Source: Cirrosporium novae-zelandiae (taxonomy: Eukaryota). Taken from it: a DNA stretch of 64,000 nt. Both the position numbers and the translations under genes were made by a program. The stretch is from assembly GCA_026023565.1 (NCBI GenBank), contig JAPETS010000011.1:62001-126000 (forward strand), in the 5' to 3' direction. Shown piece after piece: positions 12,201 to 23,400 of the stretch; the first letter of the stretch is position 1; each line of letters opens with the position of its first letter. The notes under the pieces were generated by a model. The model saw nothing but the letters and a program-made list of their open reading frames with translations. It did not search any database and was not told the DNA's origin.

Positions 12201-13364
12201 CAATTAAGAAACAAAAAAAGGGTTGATGCCTGTGTGAAATTGCCCCCAGAATTGTCCTTGTCCCCTCTTTCAAGAATCTAAACGCAGATCTTCCAACATG
12301 GTACTGTATCAAGATTGAACGAATCTCATCCAACTGACGACAACAAACACAGGTTTCGTAGATTAATGTTTCGCCATTCTTTCTCGGCAAAGAAAGAAAG
12401 AAAAGAATCGGGGATTTTTCTTCTTGTTTCCGGGGGGTGAGGAGGAGGAAGAGGAGAAAAGAGGGGCAATTGTAGCAGAATCTGTCACAGCTTTTCTAGC
12501 AAGACAGACAGGGTGAAAACTCAACTCTACCTAAACTCCTCACACATTTCAAAAAAAAAAGTCTAAAGAGTTGAGGAAGGTAGAACTAGGATGATTGTGG
12601 TCTTTTCCATCCCGTGAAGCAAAGCAGAGCAAAATAATTAATCGCCCTTCGCCACGTGGTCTCTTACTACTTATTTTACCGTGCAGACCCTGTCAGTGCT
12701 CCCCCCCTCTCCCTCGGGAAGGACATCTGTGTGTTGCAAGCTTTTTGGGGTGTAACAGTGAACGTATGGTGGTCCAGGCGCGATTTGGCACTTTGGTCAC
12801 CTTGGGATTAATTGCAAGGTTTTTTTTTGAAAACAGCCCAAAATGTCAATAATTAAAAAAAAAACGGGCATTCCGTAAAAAGTTATTGAAATTTTGTTAT
12901 TAAAATAGATTGTTTAAATTGTATATATTTGGTCTCACCGTGAGACAAACAAAGAAAATATTAAGTTGGGGGATTGAATGAATGAATGAATGCTATTAAT
13001 TATTTTGAAATCGCTAGGACATCTTTCGGGGGTATCTTTGGTGTGTTGGATTGAGCAAAAAGTGCTAGACATTAGTTAGTTTATCTGACCTTTTTTTTCC
13101 CCGCTGAAAGGGGAGAGTGACAGAAAAACAGAAAAAGAAAAAAAAACTCACCTAAAACCCTCAAAAAAAAGTAATTAACCATCCTCCCATCGCTTTTTAG
13201 AAGAAAACACTTATTCATCACGTATTCTATAACATTTATACACACACACACAACAGCCAGGAATCTCTCTTTTTGCTTGTACAAAATTATTGAAAAGAAA
13301 AGAAAAAATATTATGTGGTTCCCTCTCCTTCCCCCCCACCCCCCTGCCAAAAAAACAAAACAAA

Positions 13365-14228
13365 TTATCGGATTGGTGAATGTATTGGTGAATATGGAAC
13401 AACTGGAGGGGTCGATACAGGTCTTGTGAGTGTTGCGCCCACCAAGCTCCACTGCGATTCGGCGCTCGGTCTGCGGGGATGGTCCGAAGGCAGATCCACC
13501 ATATCCCAATGAAACGCGCTGTAGTAGCTAGGCGGTGGTGACCTCAGCTGGTGATGGTGGTCGTCAAATGATACCGTGGCCGTGGCCTGCTGAAAGAGGG
13601 CGAGCCGTTCGTTCTCCAACGTCGGGGAGGTGACCGATTGCCGTCGGGGTCGTCGCTGAACAGGGACCATTTCAATGGATCTCAACCATATTTGCTGATC
13701 AGGTAGCCATACGAGCTCGGAACATGTGGTGCTGGGCTCCCAGGTGAACTGGGAATAAGAGGGCGGGGTTGTTGTTGTTGGCTCGTTCACCCAGGATAGA
13801 TGTGATGACCGATTGACGTGGTGGTCTTCGGGTCGTTGAAACTGGGGGAACGGTGTGGAGAGGGGACGTGAACGCATCCTGCTGTCATAGCTCTCGGCCC
13901 TGGTGTTTTGTTGGGGGTGAAGGTTGTCGTTCCAGCTGCAGCATCTGAAGCGTGTCAGGATGCACCGATGCGGTCGCGCGTCCGTTCGAACGTCTCGGAG
14001 GAGATGGTAGTAGTGACGTCTGTGGGCCCCGGGAGGGAGTGGGGGCAGGGGCTTGGCCAGAGAAATGGCCAGCGGGAGTGGACGAAACTCCTCGGGGATA
14101 TCCTCCCATGAGGAGATGACAATGTTGGGTCCTAGGTTGCCACGCATCTCGGGTAGTGCGAAGCGGGAATCGTCGGTAGGGGAATCCTCGAAGAGTGAAA
14201 CATCAACCAAATTGTTGCCAGCAGCCAT
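13365..14228 (-). CDS. Hypothetical disordered protein, 287 aa, with two PPxY motifs and a KPLPPLP motif
   Basis: ATG-initiated 864-nt ORF in good context (ACAATGG), GC-rich against AT-rich flanks. No recognisable folded domain. Confidence 0.6.
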   Translation of the reverse strand: MAAGNNLVDVSLFEDSPTDDSRFALPEMRGNLGPNIVISSWEDIPEEFRPLPLAISLAKPLPPLPPGAHRRHYYHLLRDVRTDARPHRCILTRFRCCSWNDNLHPQQNTRAESYDSRMRSRPLSTPFPQFQRPEDHHVNRSSHLSWVNEPTTTTPPSYSQFTWEPSTTCSELVWLPDQQIWLRSIEMVPVQRRPRRQSVTSPTLENERLALFQQATATVSFDDHHHQLRSPPPSYYSAFHWDMVDLPSDHPRRPSAESQWSLVGATLTRPVSTPPVVPYSPIHSPIR

Positions 14229-14925
14229 TGTTGAATATATACGAATAGAAAGGTAAAGACTTTGGCCAGCAAAGTTATTTATGCCCAGGAACTCCTTGGA
14301 GGATGTTTGAGTATATCTTTGGATCCCACAAGGTTAAGGCTCAGTCAGAGCGACGAAAGCATATTCTCAGAAAAAGACACAGAAAATCTGACTATGAAGG
14401 CCGGATATTTCTAAATATTCCGTCAAATTGGCAGTGATAACTTCAGAAATAACCGCGGCGTTTGCGTAGGATCTGGCGTCAGTGGCAGTGCGGGCTAAAT
14501 TACCCTCTTCTAATCAGATCAGGCGGGACGGTGAAGGTGACGATAATCTGCACAGGCCACCAAGAAGAAGATCCCCCCGAAATAAATCAATAAATAATCT
14601 CCAAGGAATATCCAATACGGGAGATGTCTATAATAACGATGTTGGGATTGAATAAAAAGTAAGAGGGGGGGGGGAAAGGGCCTAGTTTAAAAAAAAAAGG
14701 GATTCTGAAGATTGGACGATATAAGATGGATTTAGCGAAAACTTGGGGGATCTAAGGGAAACGGAGAGCGAAGCCAGGCAAAGTATCAACAATTTAGAAT
14801 GCCCGCTCCCTAGAGAGATGAGGAAGGAGGCGCGAGTAGGGTGGGAGTGGGAGTGGGAGTGGGAGTGAGTAAGAAGATAAGAAAACAAGCCTTACTTCTA
14901 GTAAGAGTGAGTTCACGTCCAAAAA

Positions 14926-15064
14926 CTATGCAAAGCTATGCAAAGCTATGCAAAGCTATGCCTATGTGCTATTCTTGTCTTGTTGGTTCCCGTGTACCAG
15001 AGCCAGACCAGAGCCAGAGGGAGCCAGAGGGAGCCAGAGGGAGCCAGAGGGAGCCAGAGCCAGA
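14926..15064. repeat. Two adjacent 10-bp minisatellites: (CTATGCAAAG)x3.6 and (GAGCCAGAGG)x~5
   Basis: Read directly at 14926-14961 and ~15000-15064. Confidence 0.9.
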
Positions 15065-15167
15065 TTGCCAAGCAAAGAAATTTCTCTAACATGATGGAAA
15101 GGCGTTCACATTATTGACAAAAGACAAGAAACCTCCCCTAAAGTAACAAGTACCGTACTCAGGTAGA

Positions 15168-15194
15168 CAGCACAGACAGCACAGCACACACACT

Positions 15195-15226
<32 letters not shown>

Positions 15227-15240
15227 CACACTCACACTCA
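15168..15240. repeat. CA/CACACT microsatellite
   Basis: Read directly. Confidence 0.9.
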
Positions 15241-16513
15241 AGCACGTAGACACATACATACATTACCCAGATTAGACACGCAATACACACAACACACCTT
15301 ACTCAGAAGTCAGCCTTGCTATGAATTTTTAAAATTATCAAAGTCGCACAGGTTCCATCGTGCACCGGATAAAAGTTAGCAATTGATTACCGAAAAGTTC
15401 ATTTTTTGTTAATAAAATAAATCCATTATGATCAACCCCCTTCACTTTGGGTGGTACGGCGGTGCCAAAGTCTGATGTGATGGGCTTCTTGATTGATTGC
15501 TTCTGACGGATTCAAAAGGATCCTCATCCATCGCATGTTTTTTTTTCTCTTACCTTTCTATTCTATATTCAAACCATGCCAATGCCGAGTTAACTACTTT
15601 GGATGCAACTACAAATTCTAGAAGATCCCAAACAAGGATTAAGCTCGTCTGAATACATACATCCCCTCCGCAATTCTTTTGCCATGGATCCACATAGCCA
15701 GGCGAATAACTACACAGTAAACATGTACTTTTTCAGACATGTTTCCAATGATTTTATGACGGCTGGAGATCTAGTATATTTATGGCCATGGACGCGATAA
15801 TTGATTCAATGCTACTGGATGCAACTTGGACCTTTTTTGGCGCACCCAGGTTAAACAAGTACGGTGACTTATGCAAAAGAGAAGTAAAGTCGGCGAAGGA
15901 ATGGAAAAGTCGGTGACTTAGTACCCCAGTTACCCCCGTGATCCCTTGTCCAATCCTCTTCAATTCCCTCCCTATAACTTACTCATAACCGACTAGATCT
16001 ACTTGATACTATCCTCTTTATCATACCTTGTAGGAAAATCTCTCGATCCGCATGTTTCAGAATCAAGTTTCGCTAGACGCCGATGCTTTTACCCTTTCGA
16101 TACTTTATCTACTAGCAAAGGAAGAAAAAAACTCATGTCTGGATCTGCGATTGGGAATCATCAACCACTGAGATCATGCAAGTAAACATTAGATGTAAGT
16201 TAAGGTATCAAATCGGTATTATTGCGTTCAGAGGCCGCAAACAGAAGTAGTAAATCAGGAGTTTCTGAGATTTCCCCACGACGTAAGGTCGTTCACTTGA
16301 GCTCATGCTGGGTATCTAATTAACGCTTGACAAGCCTCCTTCAATTACACCTTCAGACCATAGACCATAATGCAACACAGTACCGTCATCCAAATGCAAT
16401 AATTGCTAACAAGAATTGAATATGAAACCCTTGGACCACCACGCCGGCAAATGCTAAAGCCTTGTTAAACCCGTTGGCACATGCCATGTGATATCCAAGT
16501 CCTATAAGAGAAC

Positions 16514-17223
16514 CTATGCGAGGAAAAGGGCAGCGATGGCGCCGAGGCCAGCAACAGCCAAAGAGCCCGTGTTCGCATTGGCAGCACCGGTGAAGGCGCT
16601 CATGGTAGCGGTATAGGAACCAGTGCTAGATTCGGTTAGATGAAGTTACGTTAGTATGACAAGGCTGAATCAGCTTACCCAGTAGCAGACGCAGTTCCAG
16701 AGGCAACACCAGCAGATCCGGTTCCGGAAGCGGCACCGGCTGTGGCGGAGAGGGTGATGGTGGAATAGGTCACAGTTGGGACACAGGTGGTGACGGCGAT
16801 GACGGTGGTAGATGCAGAGCTAATGGGGTATGGGGGAATCACACTGCTGCTGGCAACGACGGCGGAGGAAGCACTGTTTCCAACGGCGGCGATAGGGGTG
16901 GAAGCAGAAGCAGAAGCGGATGGAGCGACGGAGACGACGGTGACAGTCGATGAGGCAGCCACAGGCTGCGTTGGAGTGTTAGCGATGGTTGAACTGGAAT
17001 GAGTAATGGTGACCGCATGGGTTCTTGTGGTAGTAGAGGTTGAAGATACCGTGGTGGTGGCAGCTACAGCAGTAACGGAGGTCTTGCCGGCGTTTGCTGG
17101 GCAGTTGGTAACATCGGCGGCACAGGAGGTGATTGTGTCGACTTCGGTCTCATAGACGGTGACAGCTGGGCTGGCCGTGGCGGCAACAGCGAAGAGAGCA
17201 GCAATGGCAACGGAGAAACGCAT
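16514..17223 (-). CDS. Secreted Ser/Thr/Ala-rich GPI-anchored cell-wall protein; 218 aa, 2 exons (17223-16679, 16625-16514)
   Basis: Signal peptide MRFSVAIAALFAVAATA, Cys motif TITSCAADVTNCPA, and S/T-rich stalk. Intron 16678-16626 is GTAAGC...CTAAC...CTAG. The C-terminus AFTGAANANTGSLAVAGLGAIAALFLA is a typical fungal GPI signal. Confidence 0.88.
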
Positions 17224-17790
17224 TTTGATTGATTTGTTTGGGGGGAGAAATTTGATGTGGGATAAGATGAATAGGTTGGTGGAGGAGATGTGGGAGAGAT
17301 GGTGATAATTCAAAGAATGTGATTTGATTGTGGTGTTTAAATGAATGGACGACCGTTGGTCTATCAAGAGCGTTTCTCGAAAGTCGAATTGAAGAAGGAC
17401 TTGTGAGTTGTGATGATAGAAAAAAGCAGAAAGGAAATCCTGGGGAGTGGGAGACTGTATCGTCTTAATAGGCGCTGGGAGATTAAGGGTAATGGGGCTG
17501 TAGGTGGTTGACAGGAGGCCACGCAAAGGCGGAAGTTTGGAAAAAGGAGACGAGCCGGTGAACAATTGAGAATTAGTTTCAGTCCTGGTTCGAGTCTTGG
17601 TGGAAGTCTTTGGTCAATCTTGGGTCCATGTTTAGCCACAATTGGCCTGAGTGTTTTCATTCAAGTCTTGATTAATCTTTGTTTACTAACCTATATCATC
17701 CAAGCCAGGTCAAGCCAGCCAAAACTATCCCAGCACCCCCGTTGGCCTAGTTGAACCTGGGCTAACCCACAACCACTCATCCAGAGGTCA

Positions 17791-17829
17791 ATCAAGGTCC
17801 ATCAAGGTCCATCAAGGTCCATCAAGGTC
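17791..17829. repeat. (ATCAAGGTCC)x~4 minisatellite
   Basis: Read directly. Confidence 0.9.
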
Positions 17830-19793
17830 AATCATCTGGATCATGTTTATCCCTTCTCTTTCCACTAATGCAGGTACCCTGCTATCATCCAATCACTCAT
17901 CTGTCGACAACATGGGTTTGAACATGGATACAACATGGACAACGACGCAGGTCAACAAGCCAATCCAATACCAATACTCAGGTCCAAATCCACAGCCCAC
18001 AAGTCCACATAATTCATTCCACACCAACAAATGCATACGTTTCCCATGACACAAAATCCCATGTTTGTTTTCCTTGATCTTTGGAAATTCCCAAGATTAT
18101 ACTTCGTGGTACATCCTGGGCGTACTTCTTACCCTCGAGAACAATGAACCAATACCCTCCTTTTGTTGTGTCTTTCTGTTTTAGTCTCAATAGATTCAAG
18201 ACCTTTGGTCTATCAATAGAAGCGAAAGCCACAAGGGTTTTTTTATGGGAAAGTTTTTTAGCCACCCACAAAATGGAGGTTGTAAACTGTATCCTAGTCA
18301 GAGTAGTATTGAAGAGTTAATCGACGCCTCATTTCAGCTTTGGTACAACAATACAACAAAAAAGAGAGGAGTGTGGATAACTTTAATCCAATGCCTAACA
18401 AGGTTCAATTGTTATAAAATAAAATCCACACACCTTAATTCCACTATTTTCTAACCCAATTATCCAATTAAGGGGTGGGGGAACACTTTACGGGGGGGGC
18501 TTTCAATGCAGCTTTCAAATGCTCCAGAATACTTTTTTACTCTTTTCCTTGGGTCTTTTTGGTTGTCTCTCGAGATTATTCTACCGTCGAAAAAAGAAAA
18601 GAAGTGGTTCCGCTGTACTTTGTAAAAGATTGGCAGATTAGCGGATTAGCGGGATTGGCGGGTTGGCGGGTTGGCAGGTTAGTTAACCACCACAAAATGT
18701 ATTGGGCAAATCAATCAATCATCAATCATCGAATCGACATGCATCAAATCAAATTCCCAGTGCAACCTTGGTAGCCCTGTTCAGTTCCACTGTTTTTCTT
18801 TCTTCTCCTTCTATTCTAATTCCAATCCTAATGCCAATCATAATCCAATTACGAATGCTGTCTTGAATATCCCTAAACAGAAATCAGGTAGACTTACAGG
18901 AAAGGTGTAATTCCTGTCCGGCTTGAGTATCATATCTCCCCTGATAACTTCTTTTCTGCTGTTTACTTGTGGAGCCGTTAAACATGCTGTGGCAGTGTTG
19001 TCTTATCAAATCATCAAATAATCTCACTTGGACCAACAAGGAGCAGGCTCCCTATGGGGCTACCAGCTTGGTTGGTCACCCTCGCACCAATTTATTTCCG
19101 GTCCCTTACGAATTTAGTAACATGACCGAAACACAAGATAACTGTTGGATAACCCAGTCAACGAATAACCACAACACAAATAACATTGGTAGTTGATTCG
19201 ACATTCTTTTCATGGTCAAATTAAATCCCTCAGGAAATCAAACACTTCTTGCGAGGCTAACCATGACAATGTGAGACGCTCATTTGTGCTTAACTTATTG
19301 TCTTCAACAACTGCAGCTAGAATCGTCCATCTCAACAATTGCTCAACACTTAACATTTGCTCCTTGAACGCGCCACACAATTTCCCATATTTTACTCGAA
19401 ACATGCGGGGAAATCTATATCACTTTAATATAGAAATTCCTCATCAACTGCGCCATTGTGGCTCCAGTTTTCTTTCTACCCGTTGACTTATGAACAGCGC
19501 CGACAATGCCGAGATTCGCGAATATGCCATAGAGAAATCTTTTGAGATTGAGATTGTAATCTGATTGTCGCACGTCTCTTCTCTACTTTTTTTTTTTCTT
19601 TTGAATACTCTAATTCCCTTTTGGACGAGTAAGTCCCAGCGCAATCACCGTGCCGATGCTTAGACCCGTTGTCAACGCCAGAACCAACGACGATAGCGGT
19701 CTATTTACCAGAGTGGCCTAGGGAATTAGGATCATCATCATCAGCAAATCCCGACCTTCCACCGAACAAGAGAAGAGAGAAAAAAAGGAGCTT

Positions 19794-20462
19794 TCATACC
19801 TTCACCGCCTCGATACCTTTCGGCTTCTCGGTCGTCTCTGGGTCAATGATATAGTGTCTGGCGAAAAGATCATTTTGAATCCAGATCAACTTGTTGAAAG
19901 ATTTTATCGCCTTTTCCTTCTTTGCTGTTTCCAGGTCCGCCTCCATGACAGCACCCACCACGATGTCGACGACATATCCCAACAGCAACCCCAGATGAAG
20001 ATATTCCACCCTCAACTCTGGTTTATTTTCCCTATGCTTCAGCCCCGGCTTTCCGGTGTGCGCGATACCGACACGGTTCAGATAATCCCAGAAGGAACTA
20101 TAATCATCCCAATCCTTATTGCTCACAAGCTTAACCAGATAGCCTCTCAAAAAGTCCTTTCTTCTCGCAATCTGCGGATGACTGAGGGAAAGCTCGGCCA
20201 CGTTCTGAGCGACCTGTCCGCTGTAGCCAGTGTTCCGTGGCACGAAGGTCTTGGCGGTAATATCATAACCCAGAAGCTTGGAGTAGACGGCATCGAGGAT
20301 TTCGGGCAGGAGGGGGGCGATGAGATCTTTGGTGGAGTTGATGGCGTCGCCGTCATCCTGGTTGAAGTCCATGAAGGACTTGAGGTAGGATATACGAGCT
20401 GGGAGGTCATTGAGGGAGATGGGATTGACGATCTGAACGGGTAGACGTTTTTCAGCCTCCAT
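19794..20462 (-). CDS. Protoglobin/globin-sensor-domain protein (fungoglobin-like), 222 aa, intronless
   Basis: RISYLKSFMDF..DD..AI, LDAVYSKLL (B-helix Tyr), FWDYLNRVGIAHTG (proximal His) and FNKLIWIQNDLFARHY are typical of fungal S-family single-domain globins. Confidence 0.88.
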   Translation of the reverse strand: MEAEKRLPVQIVNPISLNDLPARISYLKSFMDFNQDDGDAINSTKDLIAPLLPEILDAVYSKLLGYDITAKTFVPRNTGYSGQVAQNVAELSLSHPQIARRKDFLRGYLVKLVSNKDWDDYSSFWDYLNRVGIAHTGKPGLKHRENKPELRVEYLHLGLLLGYVVDIVVGAVMEADLETAKKEKAIKSFNKLIWIQNDLFARHYIIDPETTEKPKGIEAVKV

Positions 20463-20499
20463 GGTAAGTTTGGGGTATTGGTTGATTAGTAGTGGTAGA

Positions 20500-23400
20500 G
20501 AGGGGAGGTGGATCTTTGATTATTCTACAGAAGTATAACCCGTAAATAACCAACGACGTCGGTGTAGTGTAGTGTAGTCAAGACCAAGAGTAGAGAGTAG
20601 AGAGGTATAATAGATATATCAACCACACACACAGGAAAGATTTTCCAAAAAGAAAACCCAAGCTCAATTCTAAATAAAACAAAACAAAACAAAAAACAAG
20701 AATGAAAAAAATTAAAAAAAAATTAACCTAGCCTGCCAGGCGCCAGGACCTTTGCTTTCCCTTACACTTCCGATATGGCCTGAGATGCTGAGATGGATGG
20801 ATGGGGGGGGAAGCGACGGGCCATCATAGGGCTTCTTCTCCGACAGGATTTATCGGGACTCGCCGCATGGGGGGATCCTTGTTCCATGTTCAATCCATCT
20901 ACTCTCTTTTTTTTTTCTTTTCTTTTTATTTGTTCTAGAAGGTGAAAGAGAAAAAAAAAAGAGAGACTTTGATAATATCTAAAATACCTAATAAATGTTT
21001 AACCAAAGCTACAATGTATGTATGTATGTATGTATGGTATGTATGTAACGTAAAGGTGACCATAATTAGCCATGTTAGATATATTATAAAAAGGGCCTAG
21101 AAAAGTAAAGTCAAAGTTTTCCATATAACCGAAGCGGAGGGGAAAGGAGTTGTTGTTTGTTTGTTTGTTTCCTTTCTGGTTTCTCTTAAATGATTTCATA
21201 ATAAATGGGATGTTTATTTGTTGGATCATTTATTGTGGATTATAGACTAGATTATATTATGTAAGGCTGTAATACATGTGTAGCATTTATTTTGGATATT
21301 ATTCTGGGGGGGGGGGGTAATGAATATATTGTATCTGTATGAATATTTATAATATAGACTAATACACACACACAGTAAGTAAGTAAGAAAGAAAGCAAGA
21401 AGAAAAAAAAAACAATCCTCTTTTTTCTTTTCCTTCTTTCTTTCTTTCTTTCTTTACCCATTATCTAATTACGCTACTCCACCTATTCATTTACTTACCA
21501 TCGAAACCTATTCCCTCAATCTATCACCGGCAACAATCGGGACCAAAAAAGGAACCTAGACTAGGGATCATGAACGCGAGACCGACCATGGGGACCGAGG
21601 ACGTGGGGCATGAGGGGGCATGGGAATCAGAAGAGAGAAAAAAAAAATGAGATGGGGGGATTGTTGAGTTGAATTGTGGAGAAGTTGGAGAGAGAGAGAG
21701 AGACAAGAAGTGGATTTGATATCTAGGAGTTTTGATTCGTTGATTCGCTGTTTGATATCCGGGAGTTTTGATTCGTTGGATTAGTTGATGGGATGGGATG
21801 GGGGGGGGGGGGATAAGTGCATACATGCATGTTATAGTCTACTGGGTACGGGCATTACGGGCATTACGGGCATATCTATAGTGGTAGTGGATATAATTAC
21901 GGGCATATCTATAGGATATGGGATACAAGGTTAAGTAAGTAATCTAGGTGGGTAGGTACAGTAGGTGTGGGTTATATATAGGTTATGAAGGAAAGGGAAT
22001 AAGAAGGAAGGGAGAGGGGAGAGGGATTATGATGATAAATAATATGAAAATAAAAAGTGTGTGAAAGTAATTAAATATAATGCAAAGTAAATAGAATGTA
22101 ATGCAAAGTAATGGAAGTAGTGGAATATAGTTAACCACTTATTTCTTTATCCTATCCTATCCCAACCCATCCCATCCCATTCTTTCATCTACTGTAATTA
22201 TTATCCTGAACTTCCCTTTTTATCTGATCCAAACCTATTAGATCAAATCCCAAATAAAAATAATAAAAATAATAAAAAAATAAAAAAATAAAAAAATATT
22301 CCAAGTATCCTAGATCAAATGCCGGCTTTACGTACACTACGCACTACACACTACATACTTATCTTATACTCTATACAATATATAATAAACCACCCAAGTA
22401 AAGTAGGTTACTACTCTCTAATAAAGTAACCTCGATGAAATAATAAATATATATATATAAATAAAGCGGAGAGAGAAACAGAAAGGGTTAATCTCTTTTT
22501 TTTTTTTTTTTTTTTTTTTTTTGATTTCTTATTATCTCCTAAAGTCTAGGTAGGAGAAAAAAGAAAAAAGATTTTTTGATAGATATATAAATATTATAGA
22601 TTCCTGAGTGAGTGTTATTGTTGTTGTTGTTGTTGTTGTTGTTGTGTGATAAGGTGGGAGGAAGGGTAAGTGAATGAATGGGGTAGGTGAATGAATAGGG
22701 TAGGTGATTCTTCCATTTTCTCTATTTTATATTTTTCTATTTTTTTTTAACCGTGTAAGGATATGTACATCTTCTCTCACATATATTTCCATATACACAT
22801 ATACCCTATATACATATATATATATACTATAATCTCTCCTATTTCTGATTTCTCTTATCTCCCGTTTCTCTACCCACTCTACTACTACCACTACCACTAC
22901 CACCACCACCACCTCCTTTACTGTACACTACTCCCACCCAACTCTCCTATAAAGGGAGATATTCCATACATACCCCTCTGCCCCTATATCCCCCTCCCTC
23001 CCAGGGGCAGGGTTTATATACATACATACATACATACATACATTCATAAATCTTCTGAACCCTTTTTTTTTATTCTTTCATCTATCTTATATAATATAAA
23101 GATCTAATCCTTTTTCTTTTCTTTAATGATGATGAAAAAACAATCAAGGAATTGCTAGATTGCTGGATTATTTAATAAAAGAAACGGGGGAGGGGGGGAG
23201 AAATATTTGATCTTGATAAGAAAATGTAGAAGAAGATGGGTACTTGGTGGTTTAATGTTACTTACTTACTGTATGATATGAATGGGATGAGGTAGGATAC
23301 CACTCTTCTCCTCCTCTTTTATCCCCCCCCCTCCTTTCCCTCTTCTTACCTCATCTCTCATCTCTCATCTCTCATCTCCTCAAAAAAAAAAAGAAAAAAA

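Noticed and set aside
15603..15920. Short protein-like + strand fragments (65-aa ORF plus a shifted frame)
   Set aside because: No recognisable motif or splice structure, so they cannot be distinguished from chance.
17224..17565. N-terminal extension of the 296-aa ORF for the GPI protein
   Set aside because: Non-ATG start. The signal peptide begins at the ATG at 17223, so the upstream part is probably 5' UTR or promoter.
17560..17610. GGTTCGAGTC, resembling a tRNA T-loop/B box
   Set aside because: No acceptor, anticodon or D stems could be built around it.
19216..19530. 62-aa minus ORF downstream of the globin
   Set aside because: Short, with in-frame stops upstream, no convincing splice sites and no family match.
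19854..20444. 196-aa ORF antisense to the globin
   Set aside because: Non-ATG start. It is a shadow ORF explained by the codon bias of the real gene.
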